Below the pieces are notes generated by a model. That model saw only the letters and a list, made by a program, of their open reading frames with translations. It was not told where the DNA came from and did no database searches. A stretch of 64,000 bases of DNA. Source: Candidatus Nomurabacteria bacterium. Its GTDB lineage: Bacteria; Patescibacteriota; Minisyncoccia; Phycocordibacterales; UBA5272. Position numbers and translations under genes: made by a program. Below are positions 20,098 through 29,499 of this stretch, piece by piece. The stretch covers positions 91,501-155,500 of the forward strand of contig JAQBRF010000004.1 of the NCBI GenBank assembly GCA_028286645.1. The letters run 5' to 3'. Position 1 is the stretch's first letter, and each line of letters opens with the position of its first letter.

Positions 20098-21009
20098 ATG
20101 ATGGAAAACCTGGAACAAATAGAGCCTTTGAAATTTGAAATCTCTGTTGCAACCCCAGAAGATGCAAGGGGTATCCGAGAAGTTCAATATAAAACCTGGC
20201 TAGAGACTTATACTAATGAAAATGCTGGTATTACGACAGAAGATGTTGAAAAGCGTTTTGAGGACGCATTTACAGATGAAAAGATAAAGAAAAGAGAAGA
20301 AAGTATTCGTAATCAGCCAGAAAATGAAAATTTTTATGTGGTAAAGAATAGTGGGAAAGTTATAGGATTTTGTATGGTAATAAGAAAAGAAGATAGGAAT
20401 CAACTTCAAGCCATTTACATCTTGCCTGAATTTCAAGGAAAGGGACTTGGAAAGAATCTATGGAATAAAGCAAAGGAATTTTTAGACAAAGAAAAAGATA
20501 CTTATGTTGAAGTAGTTGATTATAATCAGGGAGCAATTAACTTTTATACCTCGTTAGGTTTTAAAAAGACAGATAGAAAGTGGAGAGAGGAGGAAGAGAT
20601 TAAAGTAAATGGAAAAGTACTTCCAGAAATTGAGATGGTTCGTAAAGCGGAGGGTCAGGAATCTAAATCTTTAGAAATGGCTAGGGAATATTTAAGTAAG
20701 AAGATAAGTATAGTCATGGACAGACCAATGGGGACTAAACACCCAAAACACGGTTTTATATATGAAGTTAATTACGGGTTCATAGAAGGAACAAAAGCCC
20801 CTGATGGAGAGGAGCTAGATACTTACTTTCTAGGTGTAAAGGAGTCGCTAAATAAAGCAGAAGGAATCTGTATAGCAATTGCTCACAGAAGAAATAATGA
20901 TGATGATAAATTAATTATTGTTCCTGAAGGAGTAACTATGACGGACGAAGAAATAATAGCTGCAATTAAATTTCAAGAACAATATTTTGATACAGAAATT
21001 GTTAGATAA
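20098..21009 (+). CDS. GNAT acetyltransferase fused to a short family-I inorganic pyrophosphatase-like domain
   Basis: YILPEFQGKGLG, N..AINFYTSLGF; C-terminal DRPMGTKHP, VNYGFIEGTKAPDGEELD, DDDKLI. Confidence 0.85.
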   Translation: MMENLEQIEPLKFEISVATPEDARGIREVQYKTWLETYTNENAGITTEDVEKRFEDAFTDEKIKKREESIRNQPENENFYVVKNSGKVIGFCMVIRKEDRNQLQAIYILPEFQGKGLGKNLWNKAKEFLDKEKDTYVEVVDYNQGAINFYTSLGFKKTDRKWREEEEIKVNGKVLPEIEMVRKAEGQESKSLEMAREYLSKKISIVMDRPMGTKHPKHGFIYEVNYGFIEGTKAPDGEELDTYFLGVKESLNKAEGICIAIAHRRNNDDDKLIIVPEGVTMTDEEIIAAIKFQEQYFDTEIVR

Positions 21010-21012
21010 GTT

Positions 21013-22314
21013 ATGGAAAATATACCCCAATTTGGAACTAAAACAGAAAGTGCAGAATACATAGACCGTCCTGGTGTTTATGCAATTGTTACGAACCAAG
21101 AAGGAGATATTGCTGTTGTAGAAGTAAATGAGAGATATTTCCTCCTTGGAGGAGGATTGGATGCTGGAGAGACAGCAGAACAGGGCTTAAAAAGAGAAAT
21201 TATGGAAGAAACAGGTAAAGGTATCCAGTCAGCAACTTTTCTTGGAAAAGCGAATCAATATGTAGATGCGAAAGATGGGTATTTTAATAAGTTTGCAACC
21301 TTCTATAAAGTAGATTTAGGAGAAGATGTCAGCGCTAGTTCAGAATTAGACCACAAATTTAAATGGATAACAAAAGAGGAGTTTAAATCTAAAGGGGCAC
21401 AGGAGTTTCAGATATGGGCAGTAGAGAACTTAATAACAGAAAAAGAAAAGGCTACTATTCAAAAAAACTTTCCCGAATTAAATATAAACTCTATTCGCCT
21501 CGCAGGCGAAGGGATGAACAGCAAAGCTTTTATCGTAAATGATAATTTAATCTTTCGCTTCTCTAAAGTTGAGGAGGCTTCCGAGCAACTAAAGATGGAA
21601 ATAGAGATTTTACCTAAACTTAGAAATAGTATTACTCTTTCTATTCCAGACTTTGAATATATAGGAAAACAAGCGAATGGGCTTCCATTTGTTGGGTATA
21701 AAAAAATTCAGGGTGTGGGTTTAGATAAGGAGATTCTAGAAAATCTAAATTATGAGCTAAGAAGTAAATTATTAAACGAGATTTCAGATTTTATACAACA
21801 AGTACATGAATTTCCTCTTGAGATGGCAAAACTATCTGGAATAAAGGTGCGGGGATTTAGAGAAGATTACAGTAGTGATTTAAAAGACCTAAGAAAACAC
21901 GCTTTTCACTTATTGGATGAGAACACAAAGGAATACATAGAAAGAATCTACGGAGAGTATCTTTCCAATGGAAGTAATTTTACATATACTCCTGTTTTCC
22001 TCCATGCAGATTTTAGTCCTGAACATATCATCTATGATGAACAAAAACAAACTATTTCTGGAGTAATAGACTTTGGAGATATTGAAATTGGTGACCCAGA
22101 TTATGACTTGATGTATTTATACGAAAGATGGGGTGAGGCTTTAATTAAGGAGTTGCTTAAATACTATCCTCATAAAGATGAAGCTCATCTACTTAGAAAG
22201 TTAGAATTCTTCAGCCGCGCCAATACGACACAAGATGTTTTGATTGGAATCTTTAGAAAAGATAATGGAATATTGGACTGGGCATTAGAAAAATTAAAGA
22301 AAGAAGTAGTTTAG
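21013..22314 (+). CDS. NUDIX hydrolase fused to an aminoglycoside-phosphotransferase (APH) family kinase
   Basis: GGGLDAGETAEQGLKREIMEETG; HADFSPEHIIYD, VIDFGD, GDPDYD. Confidence 0.87.
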   Translation: MENIPQFGTKTESAEYIDRPGVYAIVTNQEGDIAVVEVNERYFLLGGGLDAGETAEQGLKREIMEETGKGIQSATFLGKANQYVDAKDGYFNKFATFYKVDLGEDVSASSELDHKFKWITKEEFKSKGAQEFQIWAVENLITEKEKATIQKNFPELNINSIRLAGEGMNSKAFIVNDNLIFRFSKVEEASEQLKMEIEILPKLRNSITLSIPDFEYIGKQANGLPFVGYKKIQGVGLDKEILENLNYELRSKLLNEISDFIQQVHEFPLEMAKLSGIKVRGFREDYSSDLKDLRKHAFHLLDENTKEYIERIYGEYLSNGSNFTYTPVFLHADFSPEHIIYDEQKQTISGVIDFGDIEIGDPDYDLMYLYERWGEALIKELLKYYPHKDEAHLLRKLEFFSRANTTQDVLIGIFRKDNGILDWALEKLKKEVV

Positions 22315-22335
22315 TTAAACTGGTATACTTTTTAT

Positions 22336-22791
22336 ATGAACGAGGAACAGTATATGCAACTAGCCATAGACGAAGCCACAAAAGCTGCCTGGCCTTTTGG
22401 AGCTGTGATAGTTAAAGATGGTGAGATTATTGCTCAAGCAGGGTCAGGGGATGGACAAGATGAGACTCATGACCCCACCGCTCATGCAGAGGTTAATGCA
22501 ATTAGAAGAGCCTCTCTAAAACTTAAAGGAGATTTAAAGGGCGCCACTCTATACGCTTCATGTGAACCTTGCGCCCTATGCTTTGGGGCTTCCTGGTATG
22601 CAGGAATAAGGAATATAGTGTATGGTTCTTCAATTAAAGATTTGCAAGAAATAGATTATCTAAAAGACGGAGACTTAGTATTCCCCCATGAACATGTTTC
22701 AGAGTCTGATGTAGAGGTAAAGACTGGAGTTCTTAGGGATAAGGTGATGGATATGTATAAAAGTCATTCTAAAGCTAAACAGTGGTTATGA
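22336..22791 (+). CDS. Zinc-dependent nucleoside/guanine deaminase (CDA/TadA fold)
   Basis: PFGAVIV, HAEVNAIR, CEPCALC. Confidence 0.9.
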   Translation: MNEEQYMQLAIDEATKAAWPFGAVIVKDGEIIAQAGSGDGQDETHDPTAHAEVNAIRRASLKLKGDLKGATLYASCEPCALCFGASWYAGIRNIVYGSSIKDLQEIDYLKDGDLVFPHEHVSESDVEVKTGVLRDKVMDMYKSHSKAKQWL

Positions 22792-23327
22792 AGAATGCCA
22801 TAATCCTTCACGGAACAGGAACATTAAATACAGAGTTTTGGTTTCCATACATTAAAGAAAAACTAGAAGAGAAAGGATATGAAGTTTGGCTTCCTCAACT
22901 TCCAAACGAAGATATTCCTAACTTAGAAGAGTGGCTTCCTTTTGTATTAAATGATGGAAAATTTAATGAAGAAACTATTTTAATTGGGCATTCTGCTGGC
23001 TCTCAACTTATATTAAGTATCCTTGAAAAGCTGAATATAAAAATCCATAAGGCTATCCTTGTTTCTGGGTATGCACAGTCTTTAAGAGAAAGCGCATCTT
23101 CGGAGAATAAACCAGAGCTTAATTGGAATAAAATCAAGGAGCACGCAGAAGAGTTTATATTTATCAATTCAGATAATGACCCTTGGGGATGCGATGACAC
23201 TCAAGGTAAGATAATGCAAGAAAAGCTCGGAGGTGAGTTAATCCTACCCAAAGGAGAAGGACATATGGGCTCCACTACCTACAACCAGCCTTATAAGGAA
23301 TTTCCTTTACTAGCAGAGCTGTTATAA
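22788..23327 (+). CDS. YdeN/RBBP9-family alpha/beta serine hydrolase
   Basis: ILHG, WFPY, GHSAG, SDNDPW, GH. Confidence 0.88.
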   Translation: MKNAIILHGTGTLNTEFWFPYIKEKLEEKGYEVWLPQLPNEDIPNLEEWLPFVLNDGKFNEETILIGHSAGSQLILSILEKLNIKIHKAILVSGYAQSLRESASSENKPELNWNKIKEHAEEFIFINSDNDPWGCDDTQGKIMQEKLGGELILPKGEGHMGSTTYNQPYKEFPLLAELL

Positions 23328-23334
23328 TCTAGTA

Positions 23335-23910
23335 ATGAACCATCAAGAACAAATGAATACCCCACAAAACATATTAGAAACAAACATAAGGCGTATTATT
23401 GAGAATTTTCAAACAGGAGAGAAGTATGAAATGCAGGGTGGCAAAGATATGGTATTTACAGATGAGGATATAAAAAAGATTGCCGAGATTTGTTCCCAAG
23501 AAAATAAATACAATCTCCTCTTTAAGGATATGCTTCAGGGGAAACCTTACACAGAAGAAGATGCTAGAAAGTTTGTTAACTGGGTAAAAGAAGGATGGGA
23601 TAAGCAATCTCACTATGTTTTCTTTCTACGAAAACCAGACGGAGATATAGTCGGCTGTATAGATATAAAGGGCAAAGAAGGAGAAGTAGGATATTGGGCA
23701 GATGAGAACTATTCTGGTTTTATGACTAATGCAGCAAAAGAACTTTCTTCTATAGCTAGAGAGGGAGGGTTTGAAAAATTGTTTGCTTGGGTAAGAGCCA
23801 TAAATGATAAATCTATTGGTGTGTTGGAGAGAGCAGGATACGAAAAAGTTCTTGAAGAAGAAAAAGAAGGTAAGGGGTTAAGTTTTCAGTACGAGAAACA
23901 GCTTAAATGA
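23335..23910 (+). CDS. RimJ/RimL-like GNAT acetyltransferase
   Basis: GEVGYW, GFMTNA, NDKSIGVLERAGY. Confidence 0.85.
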   Translation: MNHQEQMNTPQNILETNIRRIIENFQTGEKYEMQGGKDMVFTDEDIKKIAEICSQENKYNLLFKDMLQGKPYTEEDARKFVNWVKEGWDKQSHYVFFLRKPDGDIVGCIDIKGKEGEVGYWADENYSGFMTNAAKELSSIAREGGFEKLFAWVRAINDKSIGVLERAGYEKVLEEEKEGKGLSFQYEKQLK

Positions 23911-24554
23911 AAAGAATTAAGGAAGAATTTTTAGATAAGTTAGAGAAAGTAGTAAAGCTGAAGAATAAGAGGGTTCTGGAAATTGGCTGTGGAGTGGGAA
24001 CTAGGTCAATACAAATAGCTAAAAGAAGCAAACACCTAACGGCGATTGAGCCAAGCACAAAACTAATCCAAGAGGCTAAAAAGACTAATAGCTTAGAGAA
24101 TATAGATTATCAGGTTGGAAAAGCAGAGAAATTAAAATTTAGTAAAGGAATGTTTGATGCAGTCATTTTTACTTTATCACTTCATCATGTACCTCCTGTA
24201 AAAATTAATAATGCGATAAAAGAAGCAAATAGAGTGGTTAAGAAAGGCGGTTATATTGTGTTTCTTGAACCAACTCATGATGGAAACTTCTTTGAGTCTG
24301 AAGTAAAGTTTGATGCGTGCGACGGGGACGAAAGGAAAGATAAGGCTTTTGCGTACTACTCAATCTTAAGTTATAAGGGCTATAAAGAAGTAGCCGAAAT
24401 TCCTGATGAAACAGTATTTCAATTTGATTCTTATGAAGATTTTATAAAATCTATGAATCCAAAGAAGAATAAAAAAGAGATTAAAAACTTCCTAGAAGCT
24501 AATAACTATATTCTTACAGCCTCTAGGAGAATCAATATATTCAAAGTGGTATAA
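23907..24554 (+). CDS. Class I SAM-dependent methyltransferase
   Basis: VLEIGCGVG, FDAVIFTLSLHH, RVVKKGG. Confidence 0.9.
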   Translation: MKRIKEEFLDKLEKVVKLKNKRVLEIGCGVGTRSIQIAKRSKHLTAIEPSTKLIQEAKKTNSLENIDYQVGKAEKLKFSKGMFDAVIFTLSLHHVPPVKINNAIKEANRVVKKGGYIVFLEPTHDGNFFESEVKFDACDGDERKDKAFAYYSILSYKGYKEVAEIPDETVFQFDSYEDFIKSMNPKKNKKEIKNFLEANNYILTASRRINIFKVV

Positions 24555-24561
24555 TCTGGAA

Positions 24562-25296
24562 ATGAAAGGTAAAATTGCTTTAATAACAGGCGTGGGAAGA
24601 AGAAATGGCATTGGTGCCGCTTTATGTGTAGAGGTTGCAAAAGCGGGAGTTAATATTTTCTTTACTTATTTATCTAGATATGACCACGAAAAGTATCCAG
24701 AGATACAGAAGATGGATGTTAATACCTTTACTGATGAATTAGAGCAATTAGGAGTAAAGGTTAAGAGTCTTGAACTTGATTTGTCCAAACCAGATTCAGT
24801 AAAGATTTTATTTGATAAAGTAAAAACTGAATTAGGTGCACCAGATATTCTAATAAATAATGCAGCAGTTTCCGCCAGTGTCCCATTTCTAGGTGTTACA
24901 GCAGAATTGTTAGATGAGCATTACGCGGTAAATGTTAGAACTACTACATTGCTCTGTAAAGAATTTGTCTTACAAGGTAAGGAAGGTAAAATTATAAACC
25001 TTACTTCTGGACAAGCTTTGGGGGTTATGAAAGATGAAATTCCATACACAATAACCAAAGCAAGTATTGAAATGCTTACCCAACAACTTGCTCTTGAATT
25101 TAAGGAACATCATATTACTATTAATGCGTTTGACCCAGGGCCAACTGACACAGGGTGGATGGATGACGAAGTTAAAGAAATGGTCAAAAAACATTCAAGT
25201 ACTGGAAGGATTAACTCTCCTGAAGACGCAGCTAAGCAGATTGCGGCACTTTTGTCTCAAGATATTACAGGACAAATAATTAATGCAGAAAGATAG
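24562..25296 (+). CDS. Short-chain dehydrogenase/reductase
   Basis: ALITGVGRRNGIG, LINNAA, YTITK, DPGPTDTGWM. Confidence 0.92.
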   Translation: MKGKIALITGVGRRNGIGAALCVEVAKAGVNIFFTYLSRYDHEKYPEIQKMDVNTFTDELEQLGVKVKSLELDLSKPDSVKILFDKVKTELGAPDILINNAAVSASVPFLGVTAELLDEHYAVNVRTTTLLCKEFVLQGKEGKIINLTSGQALGVMKDEIPYTITKASIEMLTQQLALEFKEHHITINAFDPGPTDTGWMDDEVKEMVKKHSSTGRINSPEDAAKQIAALLSQDITGQIINAER

Positions 25297-25302
25297 ATAC
25301 CT

Positions 25303-25839
25303 ATGGAAGAAATTAAATACAAAGGAAATATAATTGAAGTAGTTCAGAAGGAGGTTGAACAGAAAGGTAAGAAGAAGACCTTTGAATATGCTAGACGCTC
25401 ACCAGGAACAAGATTGATTATTCCAAAAGGAAATACTGTCTTGCTTACTAAGGAATTTCGTCATGAGATAAAGGGGTATGATTATAGACTTCCAGGTGGT
25501 AAGGTTTACGATACTTTAGAGGAATATAACAATGCGCTGGCGTCGGGGATAGACATAGTACAAAAAGCTAAAGAAGGCGCTATAAAAGAAGCCAAAGAAG
25601 AAGCGGGAATAGATGTTAAGAACTTATCTTTATTTCATAAGTCTGTGTGCGGAGCGACAATAATATGGGATTTATTTTATTTTGAAATAAATGAATTTAA
25701 TGAGACCTCACAAAAATTGGAAGAGGGCGAAGATATTACATCTGAGTTTGTTGATAAAGAAAAAGTTAAGCATATGTGTCTAGATGGTTCTATAAGCGAG
25801 GAAAGAAGCGCACTAGTGCTACTTCGCTATTTAAATTAG
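25303..25839 (+). CDS. NUDIX hydrolase (ADP-ribose pyrophosphatase-like)
   Basis: RLPGG...AIKEAKEEAG, LEEGEDI. Confidence 0.85.
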   Translation: MEEIKYKGNIIEVVQKEVEQKGKKKTFEYARRSPGTRLIIPKGNTVLLTKEFRHEIKGYDYRLPGGKVYDTLEEYNNALASGIDIVQKAKEGAIKEAKEEAGIDVKNLSLFHKSVCGATIIWDLFYFEINEFNETSQKLEEGEDITSEFVDKEKVKHMCLDGSISEERSALVLLRYLN

Positions 25840-25840
25840 T

Positions 25841-26374
25841 ATGTCAGTCCAAATAATCTTTGAAGCACACGGAACCACATTTGATAACGAAGCTCATCTG
25901 TCTTCAGGTTGGAATGATGTTGAACTATCACCACTAGGAATAGAGCAGTCTAAAGAAATGGGAGAAAGGTACAAAGATGAACATTTTGATGCAATCTTTT
26001 GTTCAGATTTGCAAAGAGCCTGGAGAAGTGCCGAAATAGCCTTTGGGGATAAATTTAAGATTGTAAAAGATAATAGATTAAGAGAATGTAACTATGGAGA
26101 CCTTACACAAAGTCCCTCTGAAATAGTAGACAAAGAAAAACCCCACAGAATAAGCAGTCCTTTTCCTAATGGAGAAAGTTATAAGCAGACTACTGAAAGA
26201 ATGAAAAGTTTTTTGGAAGATTTAAAGAAAGATTACGATGGTAAGAAGGTGCTTATAATCGGCCATAGAGCCACACAATACGGTTTAGACCACTTAATTG
26301 ATGGTGTTCCACTAGACCAACTAGTTTCTGCAAAATTTAAGTGGCAACCAGGGTGGGAATATAATTTAAGTTAA
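25841..26374 (+). CDS. Histidine phosphatase (phosphoglycerate mutase-like)
   Basis: AHGTT, SDLQRA, LRECNYG, PNGES, IIGH. Confidence 0.88.
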   Translation: MSVQIIFEAHGTTFDNEAHLSSGWNDVELSPLGIEQSKEMGERYKDEHFDAIFCSDLQRAWRSAEIAFGDKFKIVKDNRLRECNYGDLTQSPSEIVDKEKPHRISSPFPNGESYKQTTERMKSFLEDLKKDYDGKKVLIIGHRATQYGLDHLIDGVPLDQLVSAKFKWQPGWEYNLS

Positions 26375-26375
26375 T

Positions 26376-26798
26376 ATGGAGGACTCTTCTGATATAAAAT
26401 CTGCAGCTATTATTCTTATTAAGGGTGACAAGGCTTTGCTTCAATTAAGAGACAATAAACCAACCACTCCATATTCCCACCATTGGGGTTTTGCAGGTGG
26501 AGGACACCTAAACGAAGGTGAGACATTTCTAGAGGCAGCTCAAAGAGAGCTGAAAGAAGAAACTGGGTATACCTCAAAGAGTCCAATACATTTTATGACA
26601 GCTGAATATACTCTGCCTGACGGAAGAACAGTTAAATCTGAAAGATATTATGAAATCTACGACGAAGTTCAGGAAGTAAAATGTTTGGAAGGGGAGAAAA
26701 TAGAATTCCTATCTTTAGAAGAAATTGCAAAAGAACAAATGTATCCAGGAGTAGCTGAAGCAGTAGAAAAAGCATTAAAAGTAGCCTTAAATAATTAG
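26376..26798 (+). CDS. NUDIX hydrolase
   Basis: LLQLRD, GGHLNEGETFLEAAQRELKEETG. Confidence 0.9.
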   Translation: MEDSSDIKSAAIILIKGDKALLQLRDNKPTTPYSHHWGFAGGGHLNEGETFLEAAQRELKEETGYTSKSPIHFMTAEYTLPDGRTVKSERYYEIYDEVQEVKCLEGEKIEFLSLEEIAKEQMYPGVAEAVEKALKVALNN

Positions 26799-26965
26799 TT
26801 TTCATTCATTATGATTATCTGCTTTATTAGCTATTGACATTATGCATATTTTAGTGTATAATAAGATAGCTGACCTGACACAGCTTTGCTAAGGCGAGTG
26901 CCGAAGCGAGATTTGAAACTTTAAGCCCCGTCAGAGGCTGAACCTTGAAATCAAGGAGCGACAAA

Positions 26966-27604
26966 ATGTTTGACTTCTTTTCGGAACTGTCCGTAACGAC
27001 CTGGATGTGGATTCTTGCTGTTCTCGTTGCCTTCTTGCTGCGTCGCAAGATTTTCCGTCTCATCAAATGGCTTTCTGCACCTCTGAAGAAGCGGTGCGAG
27101 GCAGTGGAGGCAAATGTCGCCCAGAAGGTTAGTGAGAGTGTCTTCGGTAAGCTTAAAGAAAACATTTTCACTTTCCACTTGCCGCAGGTTCTCTCTGATA
27201 CGCTTGTAAAGCGCATCTTGGAGAAACTGCCCGAAGCGATGGAAGCGCGTGCTCTCAAAACCATTTCTAATCTGACTGCGCAGGTCAATGGCTTGCGTAA
27301 ACAGATAAACGAAGATGGCTGGGTCACGCTCGGTGTTCACGTTCGTGGGTTCAAGTTGGACAGCGAGGACAAAGACCAGTATTTCGCACTGATTCAGTTC
27401 AACACCCGTTACGGTGGTTTACGGGCAGTGCAAGATGCAGGTCGTCGTAAACTGGTTCGCAAGCAAGACCTTGTGCGAGACAGGTCACCGTTCAAGGGTT
27501 GCCCAAGTTACGCCACGCACCTCGGTGCACCGTGGTACGGGAAAGTTGACGGCGACCCGAAAAGCATCGTGATGTTAGGCGAAGCCTACACTCTGGTGGA
27601 TTAA
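26966..27604 (+). CDS. Orphan membrane-anchored protein
   Basis: N-terminal TM; TTGACA-17-TATAAT at ~26834-26862, AAGGAG SD; terminator at ~27638-27676. Confidence 0.7.
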   Translation: MFDFFSELSVTTWMWILAVLVAFLLRRKIFRLIKWLSAPLKKRCEAVEANVAQKVSESVFGKLKENIFTFHLPQVLSDTLVKRILEKLPEAMEARALKTISNLTAQVNGLRKQINEDGWVTLGVHVRGFKLDSEDKDQYFALIQFNTRYGGLRAVQDAGRRKLVRKQDLVRDRSPFKGCPSYATHLGAPWYGKVDGDPKSIVMLGEAYTLVD

Positions 27605-27720
27605 AGCAACAACCACACAGACTGAAGCTTCTGTTCCAAACCCCCAGCCGCTCTCGGTTGGGGTTTTTCTTTTTTTAAAGTGGTCAATGATTGATAAAGG
27701 GAGTGAGTTATAATGACTAT

Positions 27721-28431
27721 ATGGATACCGAACGCCTCCAAACTATATCTATTGGCAACAAGAAGCGACTAAACTCGTTTATTGAAATAATTAAAGAAAC
27801 TTCCGAACTTACGGGTTTCAATAGACTTACGCGAATAGTCAAAATTCCAATCTCCACTCTTAACCAAAATAATCTATCTCAAGTAGAAGCAGAGCAATTA
27901 TGCACTCTTATAAATGGAATCACGAGGGAAACGATTATAGACCTACCAGTAAGGAAGGCGGATAAGCACATAGGCGGTGCTGACGACTTTATTCCCGACA
28001 GTTCAATAAAAAGACTAGCCTCTCTTCAGAAAATCAAATTTGATAAAATCATTATGGCAGAACAACAACTGTCGCTTTTAGGTATTACAGACTATGATAG
28101 GGATACATTTCTAATACTTCAATTTATAAGTGCTGACGGTCTTCAGCAAGTATTTAGTATGCAGAAGTATATTGATTCTCAAAACGAATCAGATACCCAG
28201 CTAGATGACGCCACAAAAAAGAAATTGGGTATTTTAAAAAAGCTTAAAGTAGAGTGGGAGTTAATGCCCAAGGGTTTTAAAAATAAACAGATAAAGATTT
28301 CTGATGATAAGTGGCAGGATTGGATAAGAGAATCTGGTGTTGACGAGTATTATCAGTTAGAGAATATCCTTTTTAGCCTCCAAGAGGAAGGTCTAATCAT
28401 AGAATATGATTTTATAGATAATTATAGATAA
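27721..28431 (+). CDS. Hypothetical protein
   Basis: Long ORF; TATAAT a few nt before ATG 27721. Confidence 0.65.
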   Translation: MDTERLQTISIGNKKRLNSFIEIIKETSELTGFNRLTRIVKIPISTLNQNNLSQVEAEQLCTLINGITRETIIDLPVRKADKHIGGADDFIPDSSIKRLASLQKIKFDKIIMAEQQLSLLGITDYDRDTFLILQFISADGLQQVFSMQKYIDSQNESDTQLDDATKKKLGILKKLKVEWELMPKGFKNKQIKISDDKWQDWIRESGVDEYYQLENILFSLQEEGLIIEYDFIDNYR

Positions 28432-28434
28432 ACT

Positions 28435-28881
28435 ATGAGTGAATTATACATACAATTACCCGATGATTTTGGAGAGAGATATGAGAAGTATCTTAACAAA
28501 GCACTAAATGCGAAAGAGAAGCCGATGGTGGTTCCTCCACAGGAGAGTATTGGGAAGGATATTCCAGTTATTACCTATGACCCTGCAACAGGTGATGGGC
28601 AAGTTTTAGGTGGTAGAAAATTTAAATTTAAATATGACGGTAAAGAATTCAAATTATTTCGTGAGTTATACAAAAATATAAACACTGTTATTAAAAGATA
28701 TGATGTGGTAATTGCAATAGAAATCTATGAGGATGGAGATAAGCCAATAGAAGCACAACGCTCTTTAGATACTGAAAAAATTAACAGAGCAGTTACAAAG
28801 ATACGAGAAAAGACTGGTCTTACGCCTGAACAGTTAAGCAATAATGATGGCAATTTAATACTGCGGGCTAAACAGGGGTAA
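28435..28881 (+). CDS. Putative winged-helix DNA-binding protein
   Basis: EFKLFRELY...KINRAVTKIREK resembles an OmpR-type wHTH (weak). Confidence 0.5.
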   Translation: MSELYIQLPDDFGERYEKYLNKALNAKEKPMVVPPQESIGKDIPVITYDPATGDGQVLGGRKFKFKYDGKEFKLFRELYKNINTVIKRYDVVIAIEIYEDGDKPIEAQRSLDTEKINRAVTKIREKTGLTPEQLSNNDGNLILRAKQG

Positions 28882-28920
28882 ATAAGGTTTTTTAGGACTA
28901 AAAAAGGTTACACAGGTTTA
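28864..28920 (+). repeat. Six 10-bp-phased AGGNYTA-like repeats
   Basis: cgggcta/aggggta/aaggttt/aggacta/aaggtta/aggttta at 10-nt period. Confidence 0.55.
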
Positions 28921-29023
28921 ATTGAAATGGCTACTATCAAAGTAGCCTGTTTCTTTGGTTGTAAATAATTCACAGAACGCACGAGTAAGCCAATTGCTTG
29001 CTTGAACTGTTTCAGCGTTCGGA

Positions 29024-29458
29024 ATGGTTCAAGCAAAGAGCGGGCTTTCAGATGTGGCTAACAAATACAACCTTCATTCAATCAAAACACGCAGAAGCTA
29101 CTCCTTAAAAGAAGTGTCTGTATTGTTGCAAGTTGATAGAAAAACCTGCTCAAGATGGATAAAAGATAAGGGCTTAAAAGTTATTGCTCCTGATACTACT
29201 CCTATTCTTATTATGGGAGCAGACCTAAAGACATTTCTCCTAGAGATGCGCTGTAAGAACAGGGTAGTACTAGGTGAAGATGAGCTTTATTGCCTCAAAT
29301 GTCACTGTGGGAGAAAAGCCAAGAAGGGGAGCGAACAAGTAATTAAGACGGGAAAGAAGATTGGAAAAGAAAAGCAGGAACAGTTCAAAAAAATAGGTAA
29401 CTGTGATACCTGCGGTACTCCAATGCATAAATTCTTAGGGCTCCAGCAGAAGGATTAA
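29024..29458 (+). CDS. Excisionase/MerR-like HTH protein with C-terminal Cys4 zinc ribbon
   Basis: YSLKEVSVLLQVDRKTCSRWIK; CLKC...CDTC. Confidence 0.75.
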   Translation: MVQAKSGLSDVANKYNLHSIKTRRSYSLKEVSVLLQVDRKTCSRWIKDKGLKVIAPDTTPILIMGADLKTFLLEMRCKNRVVLGEDELYCLKCHCGRKAKKGSEQVIKTGKKIGKEKQEQFKKIGNCDTCGTPMHKFLGLQQKD

Positions 29459-29499
29459 TAGGTTACTTACCATGACCTGTAAATGTCCCACTCAATACT

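Noticed and set aside
20098-26798. Integron cassette array
   Set aside because: Intergenic gaps are too short for attC sites and I saw no IntI-specific features in the tyrosine recombinase
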